Made by a program: the position numbers and the translations under genes | Shown here: positions 37,410 through 47,097 of the stretch, one piece after another | How positions within the stretch are numbered: the stretch's first letter is position 1 | How the letters are laid out: the number at the start of each line of letters is the position of its first letter | The notes under the pieces: model-generated | What the model saw: the letters and a program-made list of their open reading frames with translations, nothing else | Database searches by the model: none | Told to the model about the DNA's origin: nothing | Assembly: GCA_035652355.1 (NCBI GenBank) | Contig: DASRDY010000034.1 | Coordinates: 14,973 to 78,972 of the forward strand | Direction of reading: 5' to 3' | Length of the DNA: 64,000 bases | DNA from: Blastocatellia bacterium | Lineage (GTDB): Bacteria; Acidobacteriota; Blastocatellia; DASRDY01

Positions 37410-37640
37410 AGTTTTATCTTAATTCAATTGTTCTAAACGTAATTGCGGTCTGTGATTCTGTCACCGACCGCCTGTTCTCACCCACCATTCGAAACAATAC
37501 CTAAACGCCTTCTAATCCGTTGAGCCAGACCGATTTCCTCCATTTCAACCAGATCGTACATATGTGATGGCCTGTTTACATGGAGTTTATTTTGCATAAC
37601 AGATACTCGTACAGAACTATCGCGTGGGGTACGGTGAGAC

Positions 37641-38630
37641 ATGGTAAGTCTCAAAGACAAAGTGCAGAACGCGCTCGATGAAGCGCGAATGTTGATTCTT
37701 GGCGCACAGGTGCTGGTCGGCTTTCAGTTCGGCGTCGTCCTCAACCAGGGATTTGGGAAATTGTCGGTAGTTTCCCAATATCTCAACGTAGCAGCTCTGT
37801 TCTTGATGCTTCTTGCCGTTGCGCTTCTTATGGCGCCGGGAACGTACCACCAGATTGTTGAAGAAGGGCGCGACACAAAAGGATTGCTCCGTTACTCGAC
37901 AGAGCTTATGAAAACCGCTTTGCTGCCGTTTGCGCTGGCCTTCGGAATCGACGTTTACATAGTAATCGGAAAAATTGCAGGCGAATTGGTGCAGATAGTC
38001 GCTGGGGTTATTACGTTTATTGTCGCCATGTTTTTCTGGTATGGATTAGAAATGATAAGAAAATACGGTGAGTCTGAACACGAACATCACTCCGCTAAGG
38101 AAAAGCCGGAAAACGAATCTAACGGCAAGACTGAACTCAAAGATAAAATAAAACAGGTTTTAACCGAAGCCAGAGTAGTATTGCCGGGCTCGCAGGCTTT
38201 GCTCGGATTTCAATTTGCAGCGATTGTGGAAAGCGGATTTGACCAGTTGCCCGCGTCTTCCAAATACGTTCACGTGGCGAGCCTGGCGCTGGTTGCCATC
38301 AGCATCATTCTACTGATGACGCCGGCGGCTTATCACAGGATAGTCGAAGAGGGCGAAGACACAGAACACTTTCATCGTCTTGCGACTTGGGTGCTCATAG
38401 CCGCAATGATTCCGCTTGGAATGGGAATTTGTGGTGATTTCTTCCTCGTTATTCGTAAAGTGACCGGATCGGTCGCCCTGGCACTCGCAGGCAGTATAAC
38501 GATGCTGATCTTCTTTTATGCGTTGTGGTTCGGTTTCACTGCGTATAGAAGATACGTCAAAGCGAAATCGCCTCGGTCATCTGAATATCGCAGACACGCC
38601 AGTGATTCGAGTTTGCCTGTATCTCGTTAA
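37641..38630 (+). CDS. Membrane protein with two tandem DUF6328-like modules.
   Basis: There is an internal duplication. LKDKVQNALDEARMLILGAQVLVGFQFGVV...YHQIVEEGRDT aligns with LKDKIKQVLTEARVVLPGSQALLGFQFAAI...YHRIVEEGEDT. Confidence 0.6.
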   Translation: MVSLKDKVQNALDEARMLILGAQVLVGFQFGVVLNQGFGKLSVVSQYLNVAALFLMLLAVALLMAPGTYHQIVEEGRDTKGLLRYSTELMKTALLPFALAFGIDVYIVIGKIAGELVQIVAGVITFIVAMFFWYGLEMIRKYGESEHEHHSAKEKPENESNGKTELKDKIKQVLTEARVVLPGSQALLGFQFAAIVESGFDQLPASSKYVHVASLALVAISIILLMTPAAYHRIVEEGEDTEHFHRLATWVLIAAMIPLGMGICGDFFLVIRKVTGSVALALAGSITMLIFFYALWFGFTAYRRYVKAKSPRSSEYRRHASDSSLPVSR

Positions 38631-40324
38631 ACCTGTTCAGTAGCAGGTTGCTGACTTGGCTGGCTGAATATTTTCTGCCACAGCTCCTGGAACAACGACA
38701 TCACGCCTGTATAACCGTATCCAATCAGGAACAGCATGAGGAAGGGGACTGTCCCGTATATTCCACGCGACAACGCGTAATAGATTGCGAGGACAAAATA
38801 AAAACTCAACCCCAGTTCCAGAAACGGCAGCCATCCGCGGCGTCGATGATATTTTCTTGCGGCAGATTGCCAGGCGTCGCGTTTGGCCGCGACATTATAT
38901 TTCGGAGTGCGGGCAAATGCAGTATCGATCCCAAGAACCGCTTCCAATACGGCTTTGGCATTGCTGAAGACCAGTCCAATTCCCATCGCCATTACCAGCG
39001 GCAGATACTTCAACTGTTTCTTCCAGGTATCCGGATAAAGATAACGTTGACAACTGGCATAGAACATTACGACGGAAATAGTCGAGAACAGCAGCAGCGG
39101 CACGTCGAAAACGATCAAATGAAAAAATCCCTGATTGTACCGAACGACCAGAATCGGCAACTGCAGGATCGAAAGAATGATCATCAGCGGCGCGGCTATG
39201 TTGCCGGTCAAACGGAAGAACATCTCCACCTTTACCTTCAATGGCAAATGGGGATTCTGCCAGATTCGCGGCAGCAGCTTGATTCCAACTTGAACCAGTC
39301 CCTTGGCCCACCGGCGCTGCTGGGTCTTAAACGCGTTTATCTCGACGGGAAGCTCAGCCGGTACATCGTCATTCAGCAGATAAACAAACTTCCAGCCCAT
39401 CAACTGAGCTCTGTAGCTAAGATCCGTGTCCTCCGTCAACGTGTCGTGTTGCCAGCCACCGCTATGCTCAATAGCGGAGCGTCTCCACATTCCCGCAGTG
39501 CCATTGAAATTGAAGAAGCCGCCTGAACGATTGCGTGAGGTCTGCTCGATTACGAAATGACCGTCCAGCATTATCGCCTGAATCTTTGTCAGCAGGCTGT
39601 AATCTTTGTTCAGGTGGCTCCATCGCATCTGGACCATTCCGACTTTGTCCTGCGAGAAGTGATGAATCATCTTCATCAGAGTATCGGGACGCGGAATGAA
39701 ATCGGCGTCAAACACCGCGACAAACTCGCCTTCTGCGGACTTCAAACCTTCATCGAGAGCGCCAGCCTTGAAACCGTGCCTATTCTCTCGATGAATATAA
39801 AAAATTCGGTGGCCTTCGTTGCGATAGAAATCCACCAGCTTGCGCGCAATCGCTTGCGTCTCGTCAGTTGAATCGTCCAGCACCTGAATGTCTATAAGTT
39901 CGCGTGGGTAATCCAGCTTGCAGACAGCTTCAATCAAGCGCTCAACCACGTACATCTCGTTGTAGAGCGGAAGCTGCACTGTCACTCTGGGCAACTTGAT
40001 AAAACAGGATTTGAGCTGTGGCTCGTGCTTCTCGTATTGGCTAAACAGATAGATCAACCGCGCACGATAAATTCCGTAAAGCGCAAGTATTCCCAGGATT
40101 CCGAAATACAGCGTGATAAAGAACCAGTCCGTCTTATCCAGCTCGTAAAGATAGCTGATGTTGCCTTGCGGATATCGCGTAAAGCTCGCGACAAATTTGT
40201 CCAGACCGGGCAAGGTAACAGGCCCGGCACAATTCGAGTGGAAAGCTTGCTGGCATTGGAAATCGGGACTGAGAATCTGATTTGCCGCTTGGGCAATGAA
40301 CGTAGACGAGAGAGTACTTAACAT
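38627..40324 (-). CDS. Family 2 glycosyltransferase, processive cellulose-synthase-like (CslA-like) type.
   Basis: It has DDS, DAD and QQRRWAKG (QxxRW) motifs. TM segments flank the catalytic domain. Length is 565 aa. Confidence 0.85.
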   Translation of the reverse strand: MLSTLSSTFIAQAANQILSPDFQCQQAFHSNCAGPVTLPGLDKFVASFTRYPQGNISYLYELDKTDWFFITLYFGILGILALYGIYRARLIYLFSQYEKHEPQLKSCFIKLPRVTVQLPLYNEMYVVERLIEAVCKLDYPRELIDIQVLDDSTDETQAIARKLVDFYRNEGHRIFYIHRENRHGFKAGALDEGLKSAEGEFVAVFDADFIPRPDTLMKMIHHFSQDKVGMVQMRWSHLNKDYSLLTKIQAIMLDGHFVIEQTSRNRSGGFFNFNGTAGMWRRSAIEHSGGWQHDTLTEDTDLSYRAQLMGWKFVYLLNDDVPAELPVEINAFKTQQRRWAKGLVQVGIKLLPRIWQNPHLPLKVKVEMFFRLTGNIAAPLMIILSILQLPILVVRYNQGFFHLIVFDVPLLLFSTISVVMFYASCQRYLYPDTWKKQLKYLPLVMAMGIGLVFSNAKAVLEAVLGIDTAFARTPKYNVAAKRDAWQSAARKYHRRRGWLPFLELGLSFYFVLAIYYALSRGIYGTVPFLMLFLIGYGYTGVMSLFQELWQKIFSQPSQQPATEQV

Positions 40325-40521
40325 AAAGCCGAGCTCGTGACCGCCGTTTTCAATTATTTATTTTGAATGATCGGACCGCTCCGTCATTCACATTATTAAC
40401 ACCTAATGGTGTTGCCCTGACCACGCAACGGACAAACCGTGCTCTATGGCAGAGGGCAGGTCAGATTCAACAGGCTATTGTACGCCGAGCGCCTTTGGAG
40501 TCAACCGAAATTCCACTCAGC

Positions 40522-41445
40522 TTAAGATATCCCCCGGCGAAGCTTTGCCGCCTTAATTGTATTTTCCATAAGCATGGCAATCGTTAACTGTCCGACGCCG
40601 CCGGGCACAGGAGTTAGCAGTCCAGCCACCTCGTTGACTCCGTGATAATCGACATCGCCGACCAGAGCGTATCCTTTTGCGGTCACATCTGAGATTCGCT
40701 TTTCGTCATTCCTGAATATTTTTCTAGCCTGTTCTATGTCGTCGACGCGGTTCATTCCAACGTCAATTACGACAGCTCCGGGTTTGACGTATTCGGCCGT
40801 TACCATTGCAGGTCTGCCGATTGCCGCTACCAGGATGTCTGCCTGTCTGGTTATTTCCGCCAGATTTTTGGTTCGCGAATGACAAATAGTGACGGTGGCG
40901 TTGCGGTGAAGAAGCAGCAGGGAAACCGGCTTTCCGACAATATCGCTTCGGCCGATTACAACAGCATATTTACCATCGATTGTGACTTCGGAACGATCCA
41001 GCATCTCGATAATTCCAGCGGGAGTGCATGGAACCAGCGAATCTCTGCCCATTACCAGTCGCCCGACGTTGATCGGATGAAATCCGTCAACATCTTTTTC
41101 CGGGACTACGGCTTCCAGAATCGTGCGGCTTTCAATCTGTTTCGGTAGCGGCAACTGAACCAGGATGCCGTCAATCTTGTCGTCACCGTTCAGCCGATTA
41201 ACCAGCGCCAGCAACTCTTCGGTCGTGGTCTCAGCGCCCAGATCGTGTTTTTCCGAATAAATGCCAAGCTGTTCACACGTCCGCACTTTATTTCTTACAT
41301 AAACCTGCGAAGCTGGATCGGTTCCGACCAGCACGACCGCCAGTCCCGGCTTTACGCCGATTTTGGCGAGCCTGGCGACCTCCGTCGCAACGTCCTGCTT
41401 GATTTGTCCCGCGATTACTGTCCCGTCTAATCTTGCTGCTGTCAT
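40522..41445 (-). CDS. folD: Bifunctional methylenetetrahydrofolate dehydrogenase/cyclohydrolase.
   Basis: It has [28 protein letters not shown] and PGGVGQLT motifs. Confidence 0.95.
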   Translation of the reverse strand: MTAARLDGTVIAGQIKQDVATEVARLAKIGVKPGLAVVLVGTDPASQVYVRNKVRTCEQLGIYSEKHDLGAETTTEELLALVNRLNGDDKIDGILVQLPLPKQIESRTILEAVVPEKDVDGFHPINVGRLVMGRDSLVPCTPAGIIEMLDRSEVTIDGKYAVVIGRSDIVGKPVSLLLLHRNATVTICHSRTKNLAEITRQADILVAAIGRPAMVTAEYVKPGAVVIDVGMNRVDDIEQARKIFRNDEKRISDVTAKGYALVGDVDYHGVNEVAGLLTPVPGGVGQLTIAMLMENTIKAAKLRRGIS

Positions 41446-41621
41446 TGACTCCCCTTAACTGTTCTAATTGATCCAAAAGCGATATATTATGGGAAACGAA
41501 GGGTGATTCGCCATTAATTGTGAACGCAAATCGGTGAGATCATCCCTTATTTCGCTTGTTCCGAGCGCGCAAAATGTGGTTGGATGGGCGACTGGACTTA
41601 TATTCCTCAAGGGCTTTTTGG

Positions 41622-44132
41622 ATGATTAAACGATCAGCAACTCTCGCAATACTAATACTTATAATTTCGACTTTCGCGTTAACAACTCGTCCCGCGGTCG
41701 ACCATGCTGAATCTCAGCGCGAAGTGGTAAAGGCTCTGGATGACGGCGATTACGTCGCCGCCGAGACCAAACTGCGGGAGATTCGATCTGACTCACCATC
41801 GGATTTTGCAAAAAACAATCTGGATTATTCGCTCGCTCGGGTTCTGCAAAAGAACAGCAAGGGAAATGATGCTGTTCCGTTGCTTGACGCGGTTATAGCG
41901 CGAAATTCGAACCTTTCTGCTTATGCGCTCTATCACCTTGCCGAGATATCAAGAGCTAATCATCAGTTGACTGCGGAAAGAAACTACCTGGACAAACTGC
42001 TCAAAGCTGCTCCGCAAAGTGCTCCCGCGCGTCAAGCGCAACGAAGACTTGGCGAGAATTACCTTGAAGGCAAGGACTATGTTTTTGGAATAGCCCTTCT
42101 GCGTCCGATGGCGGGCACTGGTTCTTCGACCGGCCGCGAATTGTTGGTGGAGATCGGACAGGCCTACATCAATGCCGGTGATCTGGTTAACGCCAGAGCG
42201 ATATTCACTCAACTTGTCGGAGCGCCCAAAGACGATTCGGTACTTGCTGCCGCTCAGGCTCTTGATGAATTAGATAAGAAGAGCAATCGGGTTTTAACTG
42301 AATACGACCAGGCTGCCCGAGCCGGTATTTACATGTTCAATCGTCGTTTTCCCGAAGCGAGAGAGCATTACATGGCTCTGGTCGAGCAGTTTCCCAATGC
42401 CAAAGGAAAGCCGGATGCGCTCTACCAGATCGGAAGAACTTATTATCTCGAAAACAATTATGACGAAGCGGTCAAATGGTACACCCGAGTTCACGATGAA
42501 TTTCCTGACACCGATCAGGGCGAGCTCGGGTATTACCACATTGGGCACACGTATCAGAAGGCCGGTCGGTTTCTGGATGCCGTCCGACAGTACGATCAAT
42601 TTTTGAAAGCCTATCCAAAATCTCAATGGACGGGTGGTGCGCACCTTAACGCCATCGATTCTTTGCGGTCTGCCGGTCGATTGCCCGAAGCGCTGGTTTG
42701 GGTAAAACGGGCCGTCAGCAATCCATTGCTTGCGCGCGATCTCGCGTCTACAACCGCCGTTTTCGAAGAAGCAAAGATTCAGTTGACTCAGAATGAATAT
42801 CCAGCCGCCCTTGAGACTTTTACAAGACTGCAGTCGATGAACCTGAGCCAGCAAGGGCCTGGCTCCACTAATCGGGAAGAAGTCGCATTCATGCGCGGAT
42901 ACTGTTTGGAACAGATGGGCCGAATCTCAGAGGCTGCCGCGATATACCTGAGCCTTCCGGACGAACGGGACAATTTCTACGGTCACAGGGCAACGCTGCG
43001 AATACAGGCGTTGGCAAACTCTGAAGCAGGAGCCTCCCTGAAGCGCAGAGCGTCGCAGGCCGCAAGCGAAGCGGAATCTGCTATTCGTTCTGATTCTGCA
43101 ACTATCGCGAAAGAAAAAGCGGATCTGGCGCTACGGTTGAGCGATGACGAAAATATAAGAAAGAGAATGCTGGAAGTTCTTCGTCGCGCTTATGATCAGT
43201 TACCTGCATATCGTGCGCCATTCGGTTATCGCGTGGCAAATGTCAGTCGCGAGTATGGGCAGCCGACAACGGGGCAGTCGCACGATGCACTTGCGCGCGA
43301 GCTTCTTTTCCTTGGGATGTACGATGAAGGCGCGGCTGAATTGGGAATGGCCAATGGATCGTATAGCGAAAATCAGGTTCCGTCTGAATCGAATGATAAA
43401 GCCGCGATTGTGCAGACAAGCTATGAACCGAATTCGAATGATTTAACCAGCAATGACCTCGATCAACGTCGAACTCGTCGTGTCAGCAGTTCAGATCAAA
43501 ACGAAAGCCCGACAGGGCTGAGCAGTTATTCTCTCGCGGTTTATTACAATCGTGGCGATCGCGCAGACAGGGCGATTACGCTCGGTGAGTCGCTCTTTAA
43601 AACTTTGCCGCGGGATTACAAATTGGAATTATTGCCGCGCGATTTCGCCGCGCTCAATTATCCTGCGCCAAACAAAGCCGACCTGTTGCGTTCGGCCGGT
43701 GAACGCGGAGTCGATCCACGTTTGGTGTTGTCCCTGGCTCGTCAGGAGAGCAGATTCAAAGCGCAGGCAAAGAGCACATCGGCCGCACGAGGGATGATGC
43801 AGTTCATTACAGACACATCGAACAAGATTGCGACTGAGCTCAATTTGACCGATTTCAAACAGGATCAGTTATACGATCCGAATACGGCGTTCCTGTTTGG
43901 CTCTCAGTATGTTAAAGACTTGCTGACTTTATTTCCCGGGAATCCCTACGCTGTGGCCGCCTCATACAACGGCGGCGAAGACAACGTAGCTCGATGGCGC
44001 GAGCGCTCAAAGAGCGAAGATGTCGACAGGCTCGTTATCGAACTCGGTTACCAGCAGACCAAAGATTATGTTTATAAAGTGATGTCGAATTATTGGGCCT
44101 ATCAGGCGATTTATTCATCAGACCTGAAATAG
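41622..44132 (+). CDS. slt: Soluble lytic murein transglycosylase (Slt70-like), with an N-terminal TPR/superhelical domain.
   Basis: The C-terminal SLT catalytic region is ARQESRFKAQAKSTSAARGMMQF...AASYNGG. A signal/anchor follows the ATG at 41622. Confidence 0.85.
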   Translation: MIKRSATLAILILIISTFALTTRPAVDHAESQREVVKALDDGDYVAAETKLREIRSDSPSDFAKNNLDYSLARVLQKNSKGNDAVPLLDAVIARNSNLSAYALYHLAEISRANHQLTAERNYLDKLLKAAPQSAPARQAQRRLGENYLEGKDYVFGIALLRPMAGTGSSTGRELLVEIGQAYINAGDLVNARAIFTQLVGAPKDDSVLAAAQALDELDKKSNRVLTEYDQAARAGIYMFNRRFPEAREHYMALVEQFPNAKGKPDALYQIGRTYYLENNYDEAVKWYTRVHDEFPDTDQGELGYYHIGHTYQKAGRFLDAVRQYDQFLKAYPKSQWTGGAHLNAIDSLRSAGRLPEALVWVKRAVSNPLLARDLASTTAVFEEAKIQLTQNEYPAALETFTRLQSMNLSQQGPGSTNREEVAFMRGYCLEQMGRISEAAAIYLSLPDERDNFYGHRATLRIQALANSEAGASLKRRASQAASEAESAIRSDSATIAKEKADLALRLSDDENIRKRMLEVLRRAYDQLPAYRAPFGYRVANVSREYGQPTTGQSHDALARELLFLGMYDEGAAELGMANGSYSENQVPSESNDKAAIVQTSYEPNSNDLTSNDLDQRRTRRVSSSDQNESPTGLSSYSLAVYYNRGDRADRAITLGESLFKTLPRDYKLELLPRDFAALNYPAPNKADLLRSAGERGVDPRLVLSLARQESRFKAQAKSTSAARGMMQFITDTSNKIATELNLTDFKQDQLYDPNTAFLFGSQYVKDLLTLFPGNPYAVAASYNGGEDNVARWRERSKSEDVDRLVIELGYQQTKDYVYKVMSNYWAYQAIYSSDLK

Positions 44133-44133
44133 A

Positions 44134-44236
44134 TTTGTGGCGCATTCGTCCCGATTGCGCCCCCTGTCTTATGTAACCTGTCCATTCCAACGTCCACGTA
44201 TTCGCACGGGCGCAATCGGGACGAATGCGCCACAAA
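44134..44236. repeat. Perfect 29-bp inverted repeat with a 45-bp spacer (103-nt hairpin element).
   Basis: TTTGTGGCGCATTCGTCCCGATTGCGCCC (44134-44162) is the exact reverse complement of 44208-44236. Confidence 0.85.
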
Positions 44237-44270
44237 AAAGGCGGCACCAATTTCTTGGCACCGCCCTTTT
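44234..44270. terminator. Probable bidirectional terminator between slt and tolC.
   Basis: The stems are GGCGG-CA-CCAA-TTTC-TTGG-CA-CCGCC, with a 2x2 internal mismatch. An A-run precedes them and a T-run follows. Confidence 0.5.
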
Positions 44271-44294
44271 CCTTACGAAATTTAATCCGCTTTC

Positions 44295-46385
44295 TTACGG
44301 CTTTGGATTTGGCTTTTGATTCGGATTTGATTTCGGAGCCGGATCGGTCATATTAACCGGGCTCTGCACCGAAACTCCTGCGGAATCCAGCGTAATCGAC
44401 AGAACTCGCTGAAGATCAGCGACCGCAATGTTGTACTGGGTCAAAGCTCTCAGCTCAGCGCCGCGAGCGTTCGACAGATCGTTCTGTCTTTGCAGGACCA
44501 GGAAGTTCTGTGACAAGCCGGCCTTGAACTTCTGCTCTTCCCCTTGCAACTGTGCTTCGGCATTGACGCGCTGCGATCTGGCTGCGTCGATACTCTGGCG
44601 GGCAGATTCAACCGCCTGAAGTGCATTACGAACTTCAACCTGGATATTGAGGACTTCCTGCTTTTGCTGAAGGTCAAGCGCGCGTCCCTGCGCAAGCGCG
44701 AATCCCAGATTAGCCTTGGCGGTTCTGTTTCTGAACGGGAAGCTGATGTTAACGCCGATTTCCCAGGTTCGGAACTTATTTGCAAACAGGTTTCCGAGGG
44801 CTGTCAATTCACTGCCGATAAATTGATCACCAATTTGCTGAGGCACCGGCAGTACGTTGGCTGTGGGAACAGGTATATTCACAAATCCAGGCTCGCCCTT
44901 CAGAAACGTGTTCAAATTGTTCACAAAATCAATCTGAGATTGATTCTGCACGAATGTTCCGGGTCCTGTCACTACTGGCGTTCCTGCAAGCCCGCGGGTC
45001 GTATAGAGTCCAATGAGATCGACCTGTGGCTTGAGCTGGTCTCTGTCATATCCAATATTGATGTTGTTGACTTCTATATTATCTCTTAAAGTTTGCAACT
45101 CAGGCCGGTTGACCAATGCGAGCCTTGTTGCATCATCTAATGTAAGGTTCAACGGCTGAAAATCGACCGGTGTTGTTGTTACTATTCTTGATGTCCAAAA
45201 CTGCTTATTGTTTGGGTCATCGCTGAGAAGAGCTTTCAAAGAATTCTCGGCAGTTGTTACCTGTTGCAACGCGATAATTACGCCGTTAACCGATTGATCA
45301 ACCTGCACCTGGGCAGAGATTACATCGATCGGCGCCAGGTCACCGGCAGCAACGCGTTTTTGATTGTTTTCGAGCTGCACAACCGCCAGATCCAATGCAT
45401 CTCGCTGGATATCTTCGTTCTTTATCGAGAAGACCAGGTTCCAATATGCATCCTGTACTTGATTGATCGTATTGATCGCGATCTGTTTAAATTGAACGTC
45501 CGACAGATCCAAATTTTTCTTGGCGATTAAAATATTTTTTCGATTGTTATCAATCTTGAAATTTCTCAGAAGCGGTTGCGTTATATTAAAGGAGATGTTG
45601 TTGTTAAACTGTGGATTCAGCGAGTTTCCGCCGCTGATTGTACTCCTGGTGTTGTTCCATTGAACGTTATAGTTGCCGCCGCCACGAGGCATTAACTGTG
45701 CAATCCCCGCGTTGTAATCCAATTGCTTTGTTGTTAGGGTGCCATTAGTTGCGCCTGAAAAATTGCTTGCCGACGGCTGCGTTGAATTTATGAAATCTGA
45801 ACGAGATGTAAAAGTGACATCATAAATCCCTTCAAAGCCCTTCAGATTATACTCAGCCTGCTCCACTGCAACGCGCTGAACAGCGATACTCAAATTCTTA
45901 TTCAGCGCCATAACGACTGCGTCGTGGATCGACAGATTCATAACATTATTCAGATCGACGCCAACTCGATTTTCGGGCGGTTGTTTGTCGCTGCGCTTTG
46001 GCGGCTGAATAGCCGTCTGATCCTGTCCGGTGGTCTGTCCCTGACCGGTCTGAGTCTGGGTCTGACCTGACTGCGGCGTTTGATTCGGATTCTGAACAGG
46101 CTTGATGGCCGGAGCGCTGTCGTCATTCGCGGACGGCTTCACAACAGTCTTGTTATCCGACGTAGTGGCGACAGTGTCGGATTTGCTGTCGTCCGATTTC
46201 GCTTTGTCGTCTGTTGCCGACGTTTGCTGCTGGTCCGTTTGCGCTGTAGTTGCCGCTTTTGTGCTGCGCGATTTCTTACGATGTGTCTTCCTGCCTTCAT
46301 TTGCAAACGTTGAGAGCGGAAGCACAAATACAAGCACCAGGATCGCAGCAAGCCCCTGCTTGAAAAACTGAAATGATCGATTCAT
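44295..46385 (-). CDS. TolC-family outer membrane efflux protein with a long low-complexity N-terminal extension.
   Basis: It has a signal peptide, then about 120 aa rich in T/Q/S/D/K. Two repeats of the outer-membrane efflux-protein helical/beta pattern follow. Confidence 0.85.
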   Translation of the reverse strand: MNRSFQFFKQGLAAILVLVFVLPLSTFANEGRKTHRKKSRSTKAATTAQTDQQQTSATDDKAKSDDSKSDTVATTSDNKTVVKPSANDDSAPAIKPVQNPNQTPQSGQTQTQTGQGQTTGQDQTAIQPPKRSDKQPPENRVGVDLNNVMNLSIHDAVVMALNKNLSIAVQRVAVEQAEYNLKGFEGIYDVTFTSRSDFINSTQPSASNFSGATNGTLTTKQLDYNAGIAQLMPRGGGNYNVQWNNTRSTISGGNSLNPQFNNNISFNITQPLLRNFKIDNNRKNILIAKKNLDLSDVQFKQIAINTINQVQDAYWNLVFSIKNEDIQRDALDLAVVQLENNQKRVAAGDLAPIDVISAQVQVDQSVNGVIIALQQVTTAENSLKALLSDDPNNKQFWTSRIVTTTPVDFQPLNLTLDDATRLALVNRPELQTLRDNIEVNNINIGYDRDQLKPQVDLIGLYTTRGLAGTPVVTGPGTFVQNQSQIDFVNNLNTFLKGEPGFVNIPVPTANVLPVPQQIGDQFIGSELTALGNLFANKFRTWEIGVNISFPFRNRTAKANLGFALAQGRALDLQQKQEVLNIQVEVRNALQAVESARQSIDAARSQRVNAEAQLQGEEQKFKAGLSQNFLVLQRQNDLSNARGAELRALTQYNIAVADLQRVLSITLDSAGVSVQSPVNMTDPAPKSNPNQKPNPKP

Positions 46386-46879
46386 TACAAAGCTCCTGAA
46401 CTTTCAGATCAAAAGATACGCTTAATGATTATGGCTCAAATCATTGCCTAGTACGACGCAATCCGCCTCACAGTTTCCGAAAAAGGCAATATTTTGAATT
46501 CAAGCCCGCTTTCCCCAATGATTTCCCCTGAAATCTAAGACTTAACGATACGGTCCAGAGAGAGTCCAAACCGCTTGTTCGCGTAAGGCATTAGCCAACT
46601 GTCGTGCCATTATTTCATCAAACGGCAAAACAGGTTAAATAGCTTAATTATTTGATTTAGTAAAGGGTTCAATCCTTAAAGTTGCTATCTAGGTGCCCGT
46701 TTCTGGGATGAAAATATCCCAGTACTGAACAAGAGAGGAGCATTTGGGGAGCGAGGTATAGCCACGTTCCCGGAAAAGAACGTAAATCTCGGAAGAGTCG
46801 GTAATCCTGGCGTGGGCTGTAAATCCCCGCAAGATTTCGGGGTTGCACGGCTTATCTAATGTCTTGGTAGATCAAGGAT

Positions 46880-46904
46880 TTGCGCAAACTAAAGTCCACG
46901 CCAC
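46880..46904. repeat. Copy of the TTGCGCRRACTAAAGTCCACGCCAC motif.
   Basis: The sequence is TTGCGCAAACTAAAGTCCACGCCAC. The copy at 21484-21514 is the same motif with an extra CTAAAG. Confidence 0.6.
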
Positions 46905-46957
46905 GATGTCTGCTGTTAAAGCGGAAAAACGGAACAAACTTTGAGGTCGCGAATGGC

Positions 46958-46987
46958 TTGACATTGCCGGATAAAGCGGGCTATGCT
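46958..46987 (+). promoter_or_regulatory. Candidate promoter of the gap operon: TTGACA, 18-bp spacer, TATGCT.
   Basis: The hexamers lie at 46958-46963 and 46982-46987, about 110 nt upstream of the gap ATG. Confidence 0.45.
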
Positions 46988-47097
46988 CAACGGCTTTTTA
47001 TGGGGACAACTTAGTAGTATTATTGCGTTCGCAACTGGCTGACAGGCGGGAGGGTTGGTTTCCGATCCGCCAGGTTTTAAGCCGAGGAGAATTTGCC

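Noticed and set aside
38648-39526. A 292-aa ORF antisense to the GT2 glycosyltransferase.
   Set aside because: It has the same codon-register artefact as above. The GT2 reading frame carries the DxD and QxxRW motifs and TM segments. The antisense translation is low-complexity and Q/R-rich.
44137-44319. Small ORFs overlapping repeat elements: 44137-44319, 44035-44250, 19967-20248, 20127-20342, 36060-36347 and 23053-23244.
   Set aside because: They are translations of palindromic intergenic repeats, giving peptides like GAIGTNAPQ, GAGLVPAQ and PRRRVSDSA. They lack ribosome-binding sites and read equally well on both strands.
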